Part shown: positions 62,666-64,000 of the stretch, one piece after another
Position numbering within the stretch: the first letter of the stretch is position 1
How the letters are laid out: every line of letters starts with the position of its first letter
Assembly (NCBI GenBank): GCA_903951425.1
Contig: CAJBBX010000063.1
Coordinates: forward strand, 17,051 to 81,050
Reading direction: 5' to 3'
From: an uncultured Chthonomonas sp.
GTDB taxonomy: Bacteria > Armatimonadota > Chthonomonadetes > Chthonomonadales > CAJBBX01
DNA length: 64,000 nucleotides
The notes under the pieces: model-generated
The model's input: only the letters and a program-made list of their open reading frames with translations
What the model was told of the DNA's origin: nothing
Database searches by the model: none
Program-made: the position numbers and the translations under genes

Positions 62666-64000
62666 ATGAGTGAGGGATTAACGCGCCGGTGCGCGCTGGC
62701 GGGCGCCGCCTGCGTAGCGGCTGCACTGGTTCTGGAGCCGGAACGAGCCGCGGCGGTCACCCGTGATCCGCTGCCCTTAAGTGGGATCGTCCTGCCCGAC
62801 GCCGGCATCGCCGAGGCATACGAGAAGGCCGCCGCGCAGAACGTGCTCGCCGCTGTGGATGACAGCGTGTTCCCCGGCTACTTCTCCGTCTGTGCCGACC
62901 GGAATGGGTTCGGACGTGGGTATAGCTATCCCTCGCTCGACGGGCACCAGCTCACCGATGCTCTGCTCATGCTTGGCCGGGCAGAGACCGCAAGGCGGAA
63001 CTTCGCCTACGTACGCACGTTCCAGAAGCCCGACGGCCGCCTTCCGCTGGCCATCCTGCCCGGCGTGAAGGAGGTGTCGGGACAGGCCGTCGACCCGAAC
63101 GGAGGGCTCTACACACACTGGGTGCCCGGCAACCCTCTGAGAGCGCTGGCCGGGCCCACCTACATCCAGAACGCCGATGTGATCTACCGGGCGACGCTGG
63201 ACCGCGTCTGGCTGAAGGCGCAGATCGCCTCCGTGAACCTGGCCGCCGACTACCTGGCATCGCTCGTGACGCCGGAAGGGCTTGTCGCCGGCGGCGGCTA
63301 CTACGTGGAGTTCCCGACCAGGATCGAGTACGACGGCGTCGCCCAGTGCCACGCGGCAGACGCGTTTCGGCGGGTGTCCGCCCTGAACCGGCTACTCGGC
63401 GACAGTGGCTCGACCAAACGGTACGCGACGCTCGCGGCCCGGGTCACAGCTACCTTCCGCCAGCGATACTGGGTCGGCGACCACTTCGGCGAGTACATCC
63501 ACCCGCAGAAGGGACTGATCGACAAGCACGGCCTGACCGACACCAACTGGGCGGCCATCGCATGCGGCCTCGCCGACGCCCGACAGGCTGCGGCCCTCTG
63601 GCCGAAGCTGCGCGACGAAGCCGGGTTCGCCTATGGCGGCATGCCCACAGGCATAGCTGCCAAGCCCGACACCTACGAGGAGTGGGAGTTCGCCCTTCCC
63701 GGCCATCGGCACGACCTGGCCGCCATGGGCCGCGTCTGGTACCTGGAGTGCTGGGCGCGGGCACGGATGGGCGACGCCGACGGCATCATCCGAACGCTGC
63801 AACAGGTGTGTCGCGCCGGCAAGGCGAACGGCTACTACTGGCGCGAGCGCTACCATCCGCCGGAAGGCGCGGGCGCCGGCCCGAACACCTACTGCGAGTA
63901 CCCCGCGAACCTGATCCGCATCGTCAACCGGTTCCTGCTGGGCATCGACCTCGGCCTCGACGGCTCCGTCACCATAGCGCCCACCGTTCCCAAGGCGTAC
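62666..64000 (+). CDS. Secreted (Tat-like signal) probable six-hairpin glycosidase-like protein, 3'-truncated by window end
   Basis: This ORF is not in the track because it runs off the window. I translated it by hand from the ATG at 62666, with GAGGAG 8 nt upstream: MSEGLTRRCALAGAACVAAALV...GYSYPSLDGHQLTDALLML...YWRERYHP.... The frame stays open for 445 codons with GC-rich third positions. The fold assignment is tentative. Confidence 0.7.
   Translation, partial: MSEGLTRRCALAGAACVAAALVLEPERAAAVTRDPLPLSGIVLPDAGIAEAYEKAAAQNVLAAVDDSVFPGYFSVCADRNGFGRGYSYPSLDGHQLTDALLMLGRAETARRNFAYVRTFQKPDGRLPLAILPGVKEVSGQAVDPNGGLYTHWVPGNPLRALAGPTYIQNADVIYRATLDRVWLKAQIASVNLAADYLASLVTPEGLVAGGGYYVEFPTRIEYDGVAQCHAADAFRRVSALNRLLGDSGSTKRYATLAARVTATFRQRYWVGDHFGEYIHPQKGLIDKHGLTDTNWAAIACGLADARQAAALWPKLRDEAGFAYGGMPTGIAAKPDTYEEWEFALPGHRHDLAAMGRVWYLECWARARMGDADGIIRTLQQVCRAGKANGYYWRERYHPPEGAGAGPNTYCEYPANLIRIVNRFLLGIDLGLDGSVTIAPTVPKAY

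Overview
GC-rich bacterial chromosomal window, roughly two-thirds G+C by eye (not computed). The lineage cannot be fixed from sequence alone; the gene content resembles Armatimonadota/Planctomycetota-type glycan degraders. I support about 47 protein genes, one tRNA and a few regulatory or repeat elements. All functional calls come from motif recognition by eye. No searches were run.

Layout:
(i) 0.2-1.1 kb: corrinoid protein plus ferredoxin.
(ii) 1.2-5.6 kb: divergent pair of a GH2 beta-mannosidase-like gene and a GH172 (DUF2961) gene.
(iii) 5.6-19.4 kb: one long minus-strand array. It reads tRNA, trpE-trpG, a 230-nt gap, then M24 peptidase-trpD-trpC-trpF-DUF3592-trpB-trpA-recO-MBL hydrolase-mpg-DUF92-methyltransferase-cmk-plsC. 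Most junctions are 4-bp ATGA/GTGA overlaps. A consensus TTGACA-17-TATACT promoter heads the array, followed by an atypical class-I tRNA with anticodon UAA.
(iv) 19.5-24.3 kb: secreted Cys-rich YHS-like protein, an esterase and a DUF4838 protein.
(v) 24.4-25.5 kb: two arrays of a 10-bp-phased TCCGTG decamer flank a small HEAT-repeat membrane protein.
(vi) 25.6-31.7 kb: a compact five-gene envelope cluster of GT83 (ArnT/PMT-like), a large polytopic membrane protein, a signal-less ApbE, an HprK-like P-loop protein and GT26. This is my best candidate for an undescribed system, together with the decamer arrays in its promoter.
(vii) 31.7-36.5 kb: an ECF sigma/anti-sigma/LTXXQ operon, divergent from a HlyD adaptor plus MacB-type permease with no ATPase gene.
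(viii) 36.5-64 kb: a glycan-degradation island with DUF885, an S9 hydrolase, LamG-GH32, GH127, GH95-like, GH2, an unclassified clan-A TIM barrel and a six-hairpin-like protein. It includes two convergent, 3'-overlapping giant proteins that carry FGE-sulfatase-type domains lacking the catalytic Cys pair.

No CRISPR array, transposase, integrase or rRNA was seen.
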